Shown here: positions 48,624-58,316 of the stretch, in pieces
Layout of the letters: each line of letters starts with the position of its first letter
How positions within the stretch are numbered: position 1 is the stretch's first letter
IMG/VR virus record: IMGVR_UViG_3300025718_000002
Coordinates: 1 to 64,000 of that record
Origin: a virus
Reading direction: 5' to 3' (one strand)
Length of the DNA: 64,000 bases
Notes under the pieces: model-generated
Told to the model about the DNA's origin: nothing
The model's input: only the letters and a program-made list of their open reading frames with translations
Databases searched by the model: none
Made by a program: the position numbers and the translations under genes

Positions 48624-49372
48624 TTCGTGTCGGTATTTATTCAGATTTTGAATATTATTAAAAATAAATATAGACAAAAAGTTATCCACATGCTATACTA
48701 TAAGAAGTGAAAGAAAATGACCCATAACCGTTGGTCGCGGTTACAGGTCTGTACTAATGTGTTATTAGACAACACACTAGCGGAATAACTAAATTCATTA
48801 TATCACACTATGCGTTAATAAGCAAGTAATATAATGTGTTTACGTTATGATTCTGTGTTGGAAGAATATGTTAGGACAGACTTAGGTTTGTCCTATTTTT
48901 GTTACCCTAAAACTGAATACTGAGTGGGTGAGACTAAAAAGATCATCCAGCACTGTACATAATGGTGCTTAAACAAATACCAAATGGTTCGTCGCCATTA
49001 CAGAAAATGTACCAACGACAAAGCGTCCTTTGTCAGCATCTTATTTTTCATTTTTAAGATGTGTTACTCGTTAATTGGTGAAGTCTGTCCAAGACTAAAA
49101 CCAACTGGAATATCCCGTACTCCGCAGGTGCGAAAGCAGGGGAGGTCAGCGAATGTCAGTGATGGCACAGATATATTGGTCTGCAATGAGGTCTGTTGAG
49201 CTGGTAAAAATCTATACAGAATAAACTTTAAACTGTTGTATAGACACTCCTATTTTGTGAAAATGGGGTAGGGGGAAGTCTGCCAGTCACCATTACCTGT
49301 TGTATTTGTAGATCGTTTAATCAGTTCTATTCTTGTTTTAGTTTTCCTAGCTGTTGAGCGAAGCGAAACTTC
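48624..49372. other. About 750-nt ORF-poor region with a promoter-like site and multiple hairpins (candidate ncRNA locus next to the tRNAs)
   Basis: Only one 71-aa ORF with poor context is present. Hairpins include AACCG..CGGTT, a GACAAAG-cgtc-CTTTGTC terminator-like stem plus T-run at about 49016-49045, and TTCTTGC-caca-GCAAGAA. Confidence 0.35.
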
Positions 49373-49420
49373 TTGCCACAGCAAGAACACTCCCAGAAGA
49401 ACAGAAGAAAGGAGGGGACA

Positions 49421-49729
49421 ATGAGACAGTGTGAAACGTGTAGCATCTTTAGTAAGAAACTAAACAGATGCAGGATTCCTCCCCAGCGCAGGACTAAGGA
49501 TAAAAAGGGGAAGTGTAATCAATACAAAAGGTACAGTGATGAATTGCTAGTGAAATACAAGGGACAGAACATGCTTAGTAAGAAAATTGAGAAAGCATCT
49601 AAGTGTATCCTGTGTCCATTTAGGAGAGATGATGGGTTTTGCCAATTACATCAAAGATTTGCCTATGTAGTTAACATTAGTTGTTTAGGTACAAAAGACC
49701 TTTTAACATTGCAAAACATAACACTATGA
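49421..49729 (+). CDS. Cys-rich (zinc-finger-like) small protein. The start is reassigned to ATG after RBS AAAGGAGG.
   Basis: MRQCETCS...CILCPF..C..H. The ORF-track start at 49373 lacks an RBS. Confidence 0.5.
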   Translation: MRQCETCSIFSKKLNRCRIPPQRRTKDKKGKCNQYKRYSDELLVKYKGQNMLSKKIEKASKCILCPFRRDDGFCQLHQRFAYVVNISCLGTKDLLTLQNITL

Positions 49730-49782
49730 TTTTGCCCTATTTTATGGTATAATAAACATAAAAAGTAAGGTAGGGATAACAA

Positions 49783-49980
49783 ATGAAGAAAATCTTAATA
49801 CTTATCTCTGTAGCTGTGACCATACTCTCCATGACTAGCGTATTCGCTAATGACGTTTGGGTGAATGGATATCAGAAGGACAATGGTACATACGTAGAAG
49901 GGCATCATAGGTCAAGCCCAGATAATCGGACTGATAATAATTATAACAATGATAATAATAACCCTTACAGGAATAGATAA
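49783..49980 (+). CDS. Small secreted protein (signal peptide + N/D-rich tail)
   Basis: MKKILILISVAVTILSMTSVFA is a signal peptide. An upstream extended -10 TGgTATAAT and an RBS AAGGTAGGG are present. Confidence 0.5.
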   Translation: MKKILILISVAVTILSMTSVFANDVWVNGYQKDNGTYVEGHHRSSPDNRTDNNYNNDNNNPYRNR

Positions 49981-49985
49981 AAAGT

Positions 49986-50018
49986 AACCACTTACCAATT
50001 ACTGGTAGGTGGTTTTTC
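49986..50018. terminator. Bidirectional terminator (12-bp stem, loop ATTAC, T-run)
   Basis: accacttacca / tggtaggtggt then tttt. It sits at the convergence of the plus-strand gene and the minus-strand xre gene. Confidence 0.6.
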
Positions 50019-50325
50019 CGTTTATCCATATATCTATTAATTTACCTAAAATTATTGGTGTTACTCCATTTAGTTTTGCTTTTGCAATTATACAACTATA
50101 TGGATCATTAGGCTCTATTGGGGTATCAAGCAGGTCATTAACTGATACCCCAAATATTTCAGCCAGTTTAGTAATATGGTCTACGTTTAATCTTTTACCA
50201 TCTCGACCAGTTTCTAAATTATAATAATATTGGGGAGAAATACCTAACAGTAAAGCTATATTTCTCCCAGATCGCAATCTTTTATCAGCATGTTTTGTTC
50301 GTATATTCCTAATGTTATTTGTCAT
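49999..50325 (-). CDS. XRE-family HTH transcriptional regulator
   Basis: LRSGRNIALLLGISPQYYYNLETG...ITKLAEIFGVSVNDLL. Confidence 0.65.
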   Translation of the reverse strand: MTNNIRNIRTKHADKRLRSGRNIALLLGISPQYYYNLETGRDGKRLNVDHITKLAEIFGVSVNDLLDTPIEPNDPYSCIIAKAKLNGVTPIILGKLIDIWINGKTTYQ

Positions 50326-50334
50326 TTAATACCC

Positions 50335-50715
50335 CTATATAGTTCTGGATCTTTTAACACTAGAAACCTCTATATGTTTATGCGCATTATCCTCTATAGG
50401 TTTATGTGTTAAAGTAGACGCTAACTCATGCTTATAATTGTCTTTAGATTCTTGCACAGGTTTATAGTCAGGAAGAGGATCAAGACTAACTGTTAATATA
50501 TGCGTGGGTTTAGACGCATTAACCTGTTCATCTTTCTGTGCATGAGCGTTTGGGTACATACGCTTTAAAACCTCATCTAAGGTTGTTATGGGTTTATCCT
50601 TATAAATCTCTTCCATAACTTTACAACGAATCCACTCAGAGAAGTTTTCAAGACTATTAATATAGTTAATAATTTCAACATCTTTTTTATCGCTCAGATA
50701 CACGTTTTTATTCAT
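50335..50715 (-). CDS. ParR-like partition adaptor candidate
   Basis: It lies immediately downstream of the actin-like ATPase in the same operon. The assignment rests on position only. Confidence 0.35.
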   Translation of the reverse strand: MNKNVYLSDKKDVEIINYINSLENFSEWIRCKVMEEIYKDKPITTLDEVLKRMYPNAHAQKDEQVNASKPTHILTVSLDPLPDYKPVQESKDNYKHELASTLTHKPIEDNAHKHIEVSSVKRSRTI

Positions 50716-51584
50716 TTTGAATCAGCTACTTGAATTTTATACATGCCATAAGCATTTGACATTTTGGCATTTTCTGCTATGATAGCGTTCTTATAGAAAC
50801 TAAGCAAGTGTTTTTCTAGTAGGAGTGAACCACCACCAGTAAGCAACATAATGTCATTGTCATAATCTGCCCACTGTTCAGATATATCCGAAAATATACC
50901 CTTTGTAAAAGAACTTTTACGAGCATCATATTCAGCTATAATACTAGGTGCTTTTTTAGTAATACGCTTTATACCATAATCCAAACTACCAGACTCAGTA
51001 TTTATAAAAGTACCATTATCAATTGTGCTGTAATTGATGGTACGAGATCCAATATCAATTACTCTCACTTTCTTATCAAGGAACTTTCTAGGATCAATTT
51101 CATTACCATCAATGTCACATACTTCATTCCAGTAACTTGCGACAGACTCTTGTGCCATAACTAGGTTTGAATCATCAATTTTAAATTTAGAGGTAACGCC
51201 ATTAACAGATACGATATGCTCTCCCATAAGATAGTCAGTCAAGTCTCTTTTACATTTAACTGAGTATTGATCTACTGGCATACCAGTGATAATTTTAAAT
51301 TGTTGCTTAGGATCAGCTAGTAACTGTAAAGCAGTGAGTAGGAGGATTTTAGTATCAATATGTATTTTTGATTTAGTAGCAATTTGGCTCTTGTCAATTG
51401 ACTCTACTTTAGCAAGATCAGCAACGAAATACTTAGTACCATTAATTTCAACATCGTAATTTGTAAAAGAACTTTTAACATCTAAGATATGATGAGATCC
51501 AACAATACTACTGAAAACTACCTCATTTACACCATTAAATCCCTTTACTTCGTTTCTGCCTACATCAATTGATATTGTTTGCAT
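50712..51584 (-). CDS. Actin-like segregation ATPase (ParM/StbA/Alp family)
   Basis: The N-terminal MQTISIDVGRNEVKG is a phosphate-1-like motif. A late LLTGGGSLLL motif and a length of 290 aa fit the family. Confidence 0.7.
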   Translation of the reverse strand: MQTISIDVGRNEVKGFNGVNEVVFSSIVGSHHILDVKSSFTNYDVEINGTKYFVADLAKVESIDKSQIATKSKIHIDTKILLLTALQLLADPKQQFKIITGMPVDQYSVKCKRDLTDYLMGEHIVSVNGVTSKFKIDDSNLVMAQESVASYWNEVCDIDGNEIDPRKFLDKKVRVIDIGSRTINYSTIDNGTFINTESGSLDYGIKRITKKAPSIIAEYDARKSSFTKGIFSDISEQWADYDNDIMLLTGGGSLLLEKHLLSFYKNAIIAENAKMSNAYGMYKIQVADSK

Positions 51585-51731
51585 AGTGAAACCTCCATAT
51601 ATTTATGTATTGAGTTATGCGTACATATCAGTTACACGCTTAACTCTATATGTAATTATACACCTATATATGCGTATAGTCAAGCGTTTATTTCGGTAGC
51701 ATCTTTTTATTTATTATAACATATTCATTAC

Positions 51732-51760
51732 TTGCATAATTTATCCGAATAGTGTATAAT
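51732..51760 (+). promoter_or_regulatory. Strong promoter TTGCAT-17-TATAAT preceded by TG
   Basis: Seen directly. It drives the two small TM peptide ORFs. Confidence 0.55.
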
Positions 51761-51778
51761 AATAGATAAAGAGGTGGT

Positions 51779-51889
51779 ATGATGGATATGTTCTGGGCGT
51801 TTATGATGTTATTATTTTGCACTCCCTTTGGCTGGGTGGGGTTATTTATTGTTAGTGCGACAGTGATAGGATACAAGAGAAAATCATGA
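51779..51889 (+). CDS. Tiny hydrophobic peptide (about 36 aa, single TM)
   Basis: An RBS AGAGGTGG precedes it. Sequence: MMDMFWAFMMLLFCTPFGWVGLFIVSATVIGYKRKS. Confidence 0.3.
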   Translation: MMDMFWAFMMLLFCTPFGWVGLFIVSATVIGYKRKS

Positions 51890-52035
51890 AAGAACTTTTT
51901 AATTTCACAATTAAACTATGCACAATAGCAGGAAATATAGTTATAGCTATCATAGGAATAACCTGTATTATAATGACTATATGTGGTGGGGATGTTACAT
52001 TTACAATTTATGGATTAGATAGATTATTTAAGTAG
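51886..52035 (+). CDS. Tiny hydrophobic peptide (49 aa, single TM)
   Basis: ATGA overlap with the previous ORF. Sequence: MKELFNFTIKLCTIAGNIVIAIIGITCIIMTICGG... Confidence 0.3.
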   Translation: MKELFNFTIKLCTIAGNIVIAIIGITCIIMTICGGDVTFTIYGLDRLFK

Positions 52036-52071
52036 TCACTTTCTAGTAGGAAGGTTAAGTAGGGGTGAGTT

Positions 52072-52257
52072 ATGTATAAAAAGCTAAAAGATGGAATTGA
52101 TAATATGACACAAGAACAAATGGCAATTTTATGGAGATTTGGTGATATTGGAAATAGTATTTTTATTGGTGAAACAGGGGAGTATTTTACAAAGGTCTTT
52201 AAAGATAAAGGTGGAATGACACCTGAAATTAGTAAAAAGATAGGGTGGAAATTATGA
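52072..52257 (+). CDS. Hypothetical protein
   Basis: ORF track. Confidence 0.4.
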   Translation: MYKKLKDGIDNMTQEQMAILWRFGDIGNSIFIGETGEYFTKVFKDKGGMTPEISKKIGWKL

Positions 52258-52568
52258 ATATAATTGATCGCATTAAAAAAGGCGAATGGATCATTAAGGC
52301 TGAACTTGGAGAGGGTTATGTTGAGACTCAGGATCTAATGGCACAGGTAAATCGTAGAAAATTAATAGTAAAACAATTAATGCTTTTAGCTGAACTTGGT
52401 CAATCAAAGTTTGATTATAGTAAGAGAACGAAAGAATTAGAAGATGTTTTAGGAGAAATAAGGAATAACTCTAAACTTTGGAAAGCTGGTGGTGCTGGTG
52501 GACAGGATCAATATACAGGACTACCACCAATGATAAGATTAATTGATGAGGCATTAAAAGTTAAATAG
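52245..52568 (+). CDS. Hypothetical protein
   Basis: ORF track. Confidence 0.4.
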   Translation: MEIMNIIDRIKKGEWIIKAELGEGYVETQDLMAQVNRRKLIVKQLMLLAELGQSKFDYSKRTKELEDVLGEIRNNSKLWKAGGAGGQDQYTGLPPMIRLIDEALKVK

Positions 52569-52578
52569 GAGGGAAATT

Positions 52579-52857
52579 ATGAATATTGAATTTATTAGTT
52601 ACACTGGAAGATACCCTAATTTATGTTCTGGTGAGTTGATAATTAAAGCTAATGATAGATTATATACTCTAAATAGTATACTCAGTTCTGGTGGTAGTGC
52701 ATATTGTACAAACGATTATAATGACATTGTTATCACAAGTGGAGAATGGAGTATTGATAAAGATAATTTACCAGATGAACTATGGGTATATGTAGATGAT
52801 ATTACAAGAGTAGTAAATGAAAATATTCCTCATGGTTGTTGTGGTGGGTGTATTTAA
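52579..52857 (+). CDS. Hypothetical protein
   Basis: ORF track with an RBS AGGAGGGAAATT. Confidence 0.4.
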   Translation: MNIEFISYTGRYPNLCSGELIIKANDRLYTLNSILSSGGSAYCTNDYNDIVITSGEWSIDKDNLPDELWVYVDDITRVVNENIPHGCCGGCI

Positions 52858-53120
52858 TGAACTTTATCCTTGAAATAGCTAAATATGATGGATTTTGGTA
52901 TAAGAATTACCCTCTAGCTAAAGGTATAAAGCTAGGGTGGATTGGTCTATTTTGGACAAAAGAATGTCCAATTGAAATGGCAGTAAAATGGAAACACAAG
53001 TATGAGGAAGAACTTTTAAATAAAGAAACTGAGTGGGTAATTACAACAGATTTTGGTGATGTTTATGTTACCTCACAGGATATTTTCGATGAACTAATTA
53101 GACTTATAAATAAGGAGTGA
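52836..53120 (+). CDS. Hypothetical protein
   Basis: ORF track. Confidence 0.35.
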   Translation: MLWWVYLMNFILEIAKYDGFWYKNYPLAKGIKLGWIGLFWTKECPIEMAVKWKHKYEEELLNKETEWVITTDFGDVYVTSQDIFDELIRLINKE

Positions 53121-53286
53121 AATATAACTATGGTTAAAGGACTATTATATACAATTGAAATTGATTGGGAAAACAAAGTAGTTATATTAAATTTACCAGA
53201 AATAAAAGAAAAGATAGTGATAATTGAAAAAGACGCAAGATCAATAAGTAATTGTTTTAAACTATTGAAAATTAAGGAGTGATGTA

Positions 53287-53625
53287 ATGAAACAATTAGC
53301 AATAATTACCATATTACTGTGTATGTTACTACAGAATGTGGCACTTGCTAACAGTTGGCAATCAATGAACGTATCAGCGTATTGCAAAGAAGATGATAGT
53401 GATATCACAGCTACAGGGAACGTGCCAGTAGAGGGTTATACAATAGCCATAGATCATCTAAAGTTTGGTACTGAGGTAATAGTGGATGGTCACAGATATA
53501 TCGTAGATGATAGATTTGGTGGTGGCTATAGAGATAGGGCTGACATATTTATGTCCAGCAGGGGTGACTGTGAGCGTTTTGGTAGGCAACAGCTAATGGT
53601 AGAGATAGTGGGGGATGATGAATAA
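53287..53625 (+). CDS. Secreted 3D-domain protein (MltA/YocH-type peptidoglycan-binding/lytic domain)
   Basis: It has a signal peptide. The 3D pattern is ...TATG...GTIAID...FGT.V.V.G..Y.V.DRGGGI..DIF. Confidence 0.55.
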   Translation: MKQLAIITILLCMLLQNVALANSWQSMNVSAYCKEDDSDITATGNVPVEGYTIAIDHLKFGTEVIVDGHRYIVDDRFGGGYRDRADIFMSSRGDCERFGRQQLMVEIVGDDE

Positions 53626-53820
53626 TTGCTTTGGACTAAGAAAAAAGATATCTATAAAAGTAACAATTTTGAAATACATAAATTAAACTCTGGTAGGTTT
53701 ATGGTTAGTGTCACATTAACAGATAAAAGCTGGAAAATACTTTCTGAATTATGTGGTTGTCAAGATTTAAAAGAAGCTAAAAAACTAGCTAGTGATTGGG
53801 AGGCAGTAAATGTTATATAA
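53626..53820 (+). CDS. Hypothetical protein
   Basis: ORF track. Confidence 0.35.
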   Translation: MLWTKKKDIYKSNNFEIHKLNSGRFMVSVTLTDKSWKILSELCGCQDLKEAKKLASDWEAVNVI

Positions 53821-54007
53821 GTATGAAATAAAAATGATTGATGGATCAAAGGCAATTATTACAGACAATGAAACATATGAAAAATTTTTAGATGATATTG
53901 GTAATAAGCACACAGGGTTTTTAATTCTTAATACAAGTAAACCATTGGTAGCGTTAAAAATAAGTAATATATTATATATAAAGGATATGGGTATAAATGA
54001 TATTTAA
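53810..54007 (+). CDS. Hypothetical protein
   Basis: ORF track. Confidence 0.35.
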   Translation: MLYKYEIKMIDGSKAIITDNETYEKFLDDIGNKHTGFLILNTSKPLVALKISNILYIKDMGINDI

Positions 54008-54443
54008 TGAAAAAGCACTTTATAAAGGTGATCTTAAAGTTGGTGACTCTGTAAAAGTAGTTTCTAAGTATAGAACAGAGAACAACATGCAAGGTAAAAT
54101 TGTGGTTGTTAATCCACCAGACCTAAGTGTAAATGGTGAAATGCGTACATATTTTCCAATTGTAGTAAGGATAGCAGACTATTCACTACCTAATAAGCAA
54201 AAACCTAAAGACGATGGGTACTTAGGAGATCCATGCTTTAAACCAGAGCATTTGGAACTTATCCCTTATGATATTGATAGTATTGTTGGAATTGGGAGAA
54301 CTAAGAAGGTAAAATGTATCTCCTCAAAAACTAGCAAGCATGTTACAGAATGTTTGGCGTGTGAACACTTAGATATGATTATTAGTCCCACAACTCTATC
54401 CTGCAAGTTTAGATGGGATGAATACTTACAGAAAGTAGCGTGA
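53997..54443 (+). CDS. Hypothetical protein
   Basis: ORF track. Confidence 0.4.
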   Translation: MIFNEKALYKGDLKVGDSVKVVSKYRTENNMQGKIVVVNPPDLSVNGEMRTYFPIVVRIADYSLPNKQKPKDDGYLGDPCFKPEHLELIPYDIDSIVGIGRTKKVKCISSKTSKHVTECLACEHLDMIISPTTLSCKFRWDEYLQKVA

Positions 54444-54447
54444 CAGT

Positions 54448-57400
54448 ATGCCAAACTTTGTAAACCTACATACTCATACTGAGTATTCCCAGCCTATAGA
54501 TGGAATGAGCAAAATTGAAAAAATTATACAAAGAGTTAAGGAATTAGGTCAAGGTGCTGTGGCTATATGCGATCATGGCACTTTATCTGGTTCTTTAGAG
54601 ATGTATAAAACAGCTAAGAAAAATGGTATTAAGCCAATTATGGGATGTGAAATGTATTTCACTCCAGATGTTACAATCAAGGATAGATCTAAAAGCGTTC
54701 ATATGTGCCTATATGCTAAAGATGAAGAAGGGTGGTATAATCTTAAAAAGCTTGTCACTTTGGCAAATATTGAAGGTTATTACTATGATCCCAGAATTGA
54801 TTTTGATATGCTTAAAAAGTATCATAAAGGATTAATTTGCACCACTGCATGTATGGGTGGTGTATTAAAATTAGATAACTATTTAGGATGGGCTATAATG
54901 TTAAAAGATCTTTTTGGAGATGACTTTTATGTTGCAGTTCATACTAATACAATGATAGAGCAGAAGGAATTTAATGTTAAATCTGTGGCACTTGCTAAGG
55001 AAATTGGGTCTAAACTTGTAGCAGAGGTTGATTCCCATTATGTCCTTAAAGAAGATGCAGAAGTACATAATAAGTGGGTGGGAGTTAAAGCACCTTATTG
55101 GACAGCTAAGAATTATTACCTAATGAGTGAAGTACAAACTATTAACGCTTTAACAGATAATAATGTTGTTATGATGGATACTTGGGAGGCAGTTGCTTCT
55201 ACTCAGGAAATTGCAGATAAGTGTAACGTAGAAATTAAATTTGGTGGTCATAATTATCCTGTATTTAAACAGCCAGATAAATTTAAAACTCAACTAGATT
55301 ATGTTAAACATCTTCTTAATATTGGCTGGAAGTCAAAATTAGATAAAACTAAACAAGCTGATAAAAGGTACAGAGACAGAGTATTACATGAATTAATGAT
55401 CTTAGAAAAGGCAGACTATATAAATTATATGGTCATTTCTTGGGATTTGTGCGATTGGGCAAGGAGGAGTGGAATTCGTGTTGGGGTGGGCAGGGGATCA
55501 GTTGGTGGAAGTCTTGTTGCTTTCTTGCTTGGAATTACTGGTCTTGATCCAGTAAAGTATAATCTTACATTTGAAAGATTTGTACATTTAGAGCGAGTTG
55601 CTCCAGCAGATATTGACCTAGATTTTAGTGATAAAGATAGGCAAAGAGTTATTGAATATGTTAAAGATAAATATGGAACTGTATATCAAGTACGAACTCC
55701 ATCTTACCTAGGAGACATGGGGGCAATACGGAAGGCTGGAGAGTTATTAAGTATACCAATTAGTATGGTAAATGAATGGGCAGATAAATATAATAGTATT
55801 AATGATATGGAATGTGGGGTTTATGCCATTAATTCTCTGGAAGATAAATGTTGTAAATTAGCAAGGAATATCCTTGGTTTATCATCTCATTTTACTGTAC
55901 ATGCCTCTGCTGTAGTTGTATTTCCAGATGATCCATGCAACTACACAGCAATTGAGATGCAAGGTGGTAAGGATGGTACTCAGGTGGTGTCCACTAACAT
56001 GAAGTATATTGAAGAAATGGGATGTTTAAAACAAGATATTTTAGGACTTAAAACACTTGGAGTTATTGATGAATGTTTAAAGCTTGCTAATCTTCCTATT
56101 GATTTTGTTGATAATTTACCAGATACAGACGCTAAGACATTTGAAATGCTACAGGCAGGTCATACTAGTGGATGTTTTCAGATTGAATCTTCTGGAATGA
56201 CTCAGCTAGTAATAGATTTAATTCCTAAAGAATTTACTGACTTAATACCTCTTGTGGCACTTTATAGACCTGCGTGTATTAAGAATGGTATGGTAAAGCA
56301 ATTTATAGAGGCTAGAGCAGGGAGATTACCAGTAGAGTATCCATACCACACCTTAGAAGATATTTTAAAACATACTTACGGAGTAATACTTTATCAAGAA
56401 CAGATAATGAAGATATGCCAAGTTCTAGCAGGATATACATTAGGACAGGCAGATATGCTCAGAAGGGCAATAGGAAAGAAAAACCTAGTTGCAATGGCTA
56501 ACGAGGAAAAAGGATTTAAAGCTGGGTGTTTAGCTAATAGAATACCACAAGAGAGAATAGATTATATCTGGCTGTTGATCCAGAAGTTTGCTGAGTATGG
56601 GTTTAACGAGTCTCACAGTGCGTCCTATGCAATGATAGCGTACCAGACAGCATATCTAAAGGCTCACTACCCATTAGAGTATATGTGTGCATTGCTTAAC
56701 AGTGAGATAGGAGATATGGAAAAACAGGGGGAATACGTAGGTGAAGCTAGGAGAATGGGCATTATCGTGTTGCCTGTGGACATACATAATTCTAAGCACA
56801 ATTGGACTATTAATGGCAATGGTTTGCGTATTGGTTTTAATTGCATAAAGGGCGTTGGCAAGATAAGTGTTAATCCTAATTATCCTAGTTTATATGATTT
56901 TCTTTTAGGAAATACACATTTAAATATGAGGGAATTATCAGCATTAAATAAAGTTGGTGCTTTTGACTATTTATGTAAGTCATATAAATTTAATTGGCAA
57001 GTTCTTGAGTGGTGGAATGGTGTTAATTCTAAAATAGCAAATTGTGATAAGATGATAATTGAATGGGGAGATAGGGGTAATGATAAGAAAGTAACTGAGT
57101 GGACAGTTAAGAGACTTAATTATTTAACGCTTACTTTTATAGGAGAGATCCCACCAGAACAACCAGATATTTATGACTTATTAGGGTTTCGTATGGAAGA
57201 TGTTTCTAAAACATATGATTTACGTATGCACAATGGGAATAACATACTCATTGGGGAAGTCATGTCCACTACATTTATAGTTGATAAAAATGGTGACAAT
57301 ATGGCATTTATAAAGATTAGGACTATTCAGAATAAGGTAGTAGAGTTAGTAATGTTTGCCTATGTATATAAAAAGATAATGCCAATAACCATTACCAAGG

Positions 57401-57471
57401 GACAGTATTATACTTTCAAGGTAAAAGATGGTACAAAATTACAAGATATGGTATCAACTAAAAAACTGTAA
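54448..57471 (+). CDS. dnaE: DNA polymerase III alpha subunit (DnaE-type, PHP domain + polymerase core)
   Basis: The N-terminal PHP domain reads FVNLHTHTEYSQPIDG...AICDHGTLSG. Its length of 1007 aa and a GFNESHSASYA motif fit DnaE. Confidence 0.85.
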   Translation: MPNFVNLHTHTEYSQPIDGMSKIEKIIQRVKELGQGAVAICDHGTLSGSLEMYKTAKKNGIKPIMGCEMYFTPDVTIKDRSKSVHMCLYAKDEEGWYNLKKLVTLANIEGYYYDPRIDFDMLKKYHKGLICTTACMGGVLKLDNYLGWAIMLKDLFGDDFYVAVHTNTMIEQKEFNVKSVALAKEIGSKLVAEVDSHYVLKEDAEVHNKWVGVKAPYWTAKNYYLMSEVQTINALTDNNVVMMDTWEAVASTQEIADKCNVEIKFGGHNYPVFKQPDKFKTQLDYVKHLLNIGWKSKLDKTKQADKRYRDRVLHELMILEKADYINYMVISWDLCDWARRSGIRVGVGRGSVGGSLVAFLLGITGLDPVKYNLTFERFVHLERVAPADIDLDFSDKDRQRVIEYVKDKYGTVYQVRTPSYLGDMGAIRKAGELLSIPISMVNEWADKYNSINDMECGVYAINSLEDKCCKLARNILGLSSHFTVHASAVVVFPDDPCNYTAIEMQGGKDGTQVVSTNMKYIEEMGCLKQDILGLKTLGVIDECLKLANLPIDFVDNLPDTDAKTFEMLQAGHTSGCFQIESSGMTQLVIDLIPKEFTDLIPLVALYRPACIKNGMVKQFIEARAGRLPVEYPYHTLEDILKHTYGVILYQEQIMKICQVLAGYTLGQADMLRRAIGKKNLVAMANEEKGFKAGCLANRIPQERIDYIWLLIQKFAEYGFNESHSASYAMIAYQTAYLKAHYPLEYMCALLNSEIGDMEKQGEYVGEARRMGIIVLPVDIHNSKHNWTINGNGLRIGFNCIKGVGKISVNPNYPSLYDFLLGNTHLNMRELSALNKVGAFDYLCKSYKFNWQVLEWWNGVNSKIANCDKMIIEWGDRGNDKKVTEWTVKRLNYLTLTFIGEIPPEQPDIYDLLGFRMEDVSKTYDLRMHNGNNILIGEVMSTTFIVDKNGDNMAFIKIRTIQNKVVELVMFAYVYKKIMPITITKGQYYTFKVKDGTKLQDMVSTKKL

Positions 57472-57530
57472 AGAGATACCCCATCCTAAGTATTCAAGAT
57501 ACTTTTTAGGATGGGGTATAATGACGATTA

Positions 57531-57878
57531 TTAGGACTTGTGACTGTATATTTGTTCATAACGCCACTTAATATAAGCTTCTTCAACGTACTTAGCTGAC
57601 GAAGGACTTTCTACAAATTGTTTAATATTGTCTGGTAAATGGCTCAGAATACCTTCTGGTTCTATTAGGTATTCTGTAGTGACTTGAAACAACATACATA
57701 GTCTATCTAGTACGGCTTTTTGTGGAAGATGTATTTGTAAATCACTTTCCAGACGTGCATACGTTGGCTGTGAAATTCCTAATATGTCAGCAACTTCTTT
57801 TTGAGTTAACTTCTTTTTAAAGCGCATATACTTAATTTTTTCCCCTAAAGTCATATTAAAAACTCCTTTTACAATCAT
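57531..57878 (-). CDS. XRE-family HTH repressor
   Basis: LGEKIKYMRFKKKLTQKEVADILGISQPTYARLESD. It is divergent from the downstream early genes. Confidence 0.7.
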   Translation of the reverse strand: MIVKGVFNMTLGEKIKYMRFKKKLTQKEVADILGISQPTYARLESDLQIHLPQKAVLDRLCMLFQVTTEYLIEPEGILSHLPDNIKQFVESPSSAKYVEEAYIKWRYEQIYSHKS

Positions 57879-57884
57879 ATATTC

Positions 57885-58040
57885 AGATTAAGAATATTAT
57901 AGCCAATTTCTAGTTTTATTATACACCATTACCGCACTGAAAGTCAACTATTAATTACTAGATATTAGGATATAGTATAAATTAAATTTGTCTTATTTTG
58001 TCGAAATACATATTTATTATTCAGAATAAGAATATGATAT
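57885..58040. promoter_or_regulatory. Two copies of a 16-bp putative operator TTCAGA(T/A)TAAGAATAT flanking the divergent promoter region
   Basis: Seen at about 57887-57902 and about 58023-58038. Confidence 0.4.
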
Positions 58041-58047
58041 TATTATC

Positions 58048-58076
58048 TTGACTTTGCAATAGGACTATGGTACAAT
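58048..58076 (+). promoter_or_regulatory. Promoter TTGACT-17-TGgTACAAT
   Basis: Seen directly. Confidence 0.55.
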
Positions 58077-58120
58077 TAAATAGTAATAATAAATAACTTA
58101 CATGAAGGTGGGATTAGTTA

Positions 58121-58279
58121 ATGGTAGTAGTTTTAATCGAAGCAGAAAACGGCAAAAGAGACTATGAGATTCTAGGAAATTCCCATGAGGCATTATCATT
58201 TTTAAACGAGTATAAGGATACATTTGAAGTGACTGATAAAACATCTTTTAAAACGATAGAATTTTGCAATGTCGCGTAG
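58121..58279 (+). CDS. Small early protein (52 aa)
   Basis: RBS GGTGGGATTAGTTA then ATG. The frame is open for 52 codons. Confidence 0.3.
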   Translation: MVVVLIEAENGKRDYEILGNSHEALSFLNEYKDTFEVTDKTSFKTIEFCNVA

Positions 58280-58316
58280 TGTGGGTTAATTTTAAAAAGG
58301 AGAATTAATTAATAAT

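Noticed and set aside
49847-50224. ORFs 49847..50029 (-) and 50009..50224 (+) spanning the 49986-50018 hairpin
   Set aside because: They run through a strong bidirectional terminator stem-loop. They are opposite to or overlapping better-supported genes (the secreted small protein and XRE).
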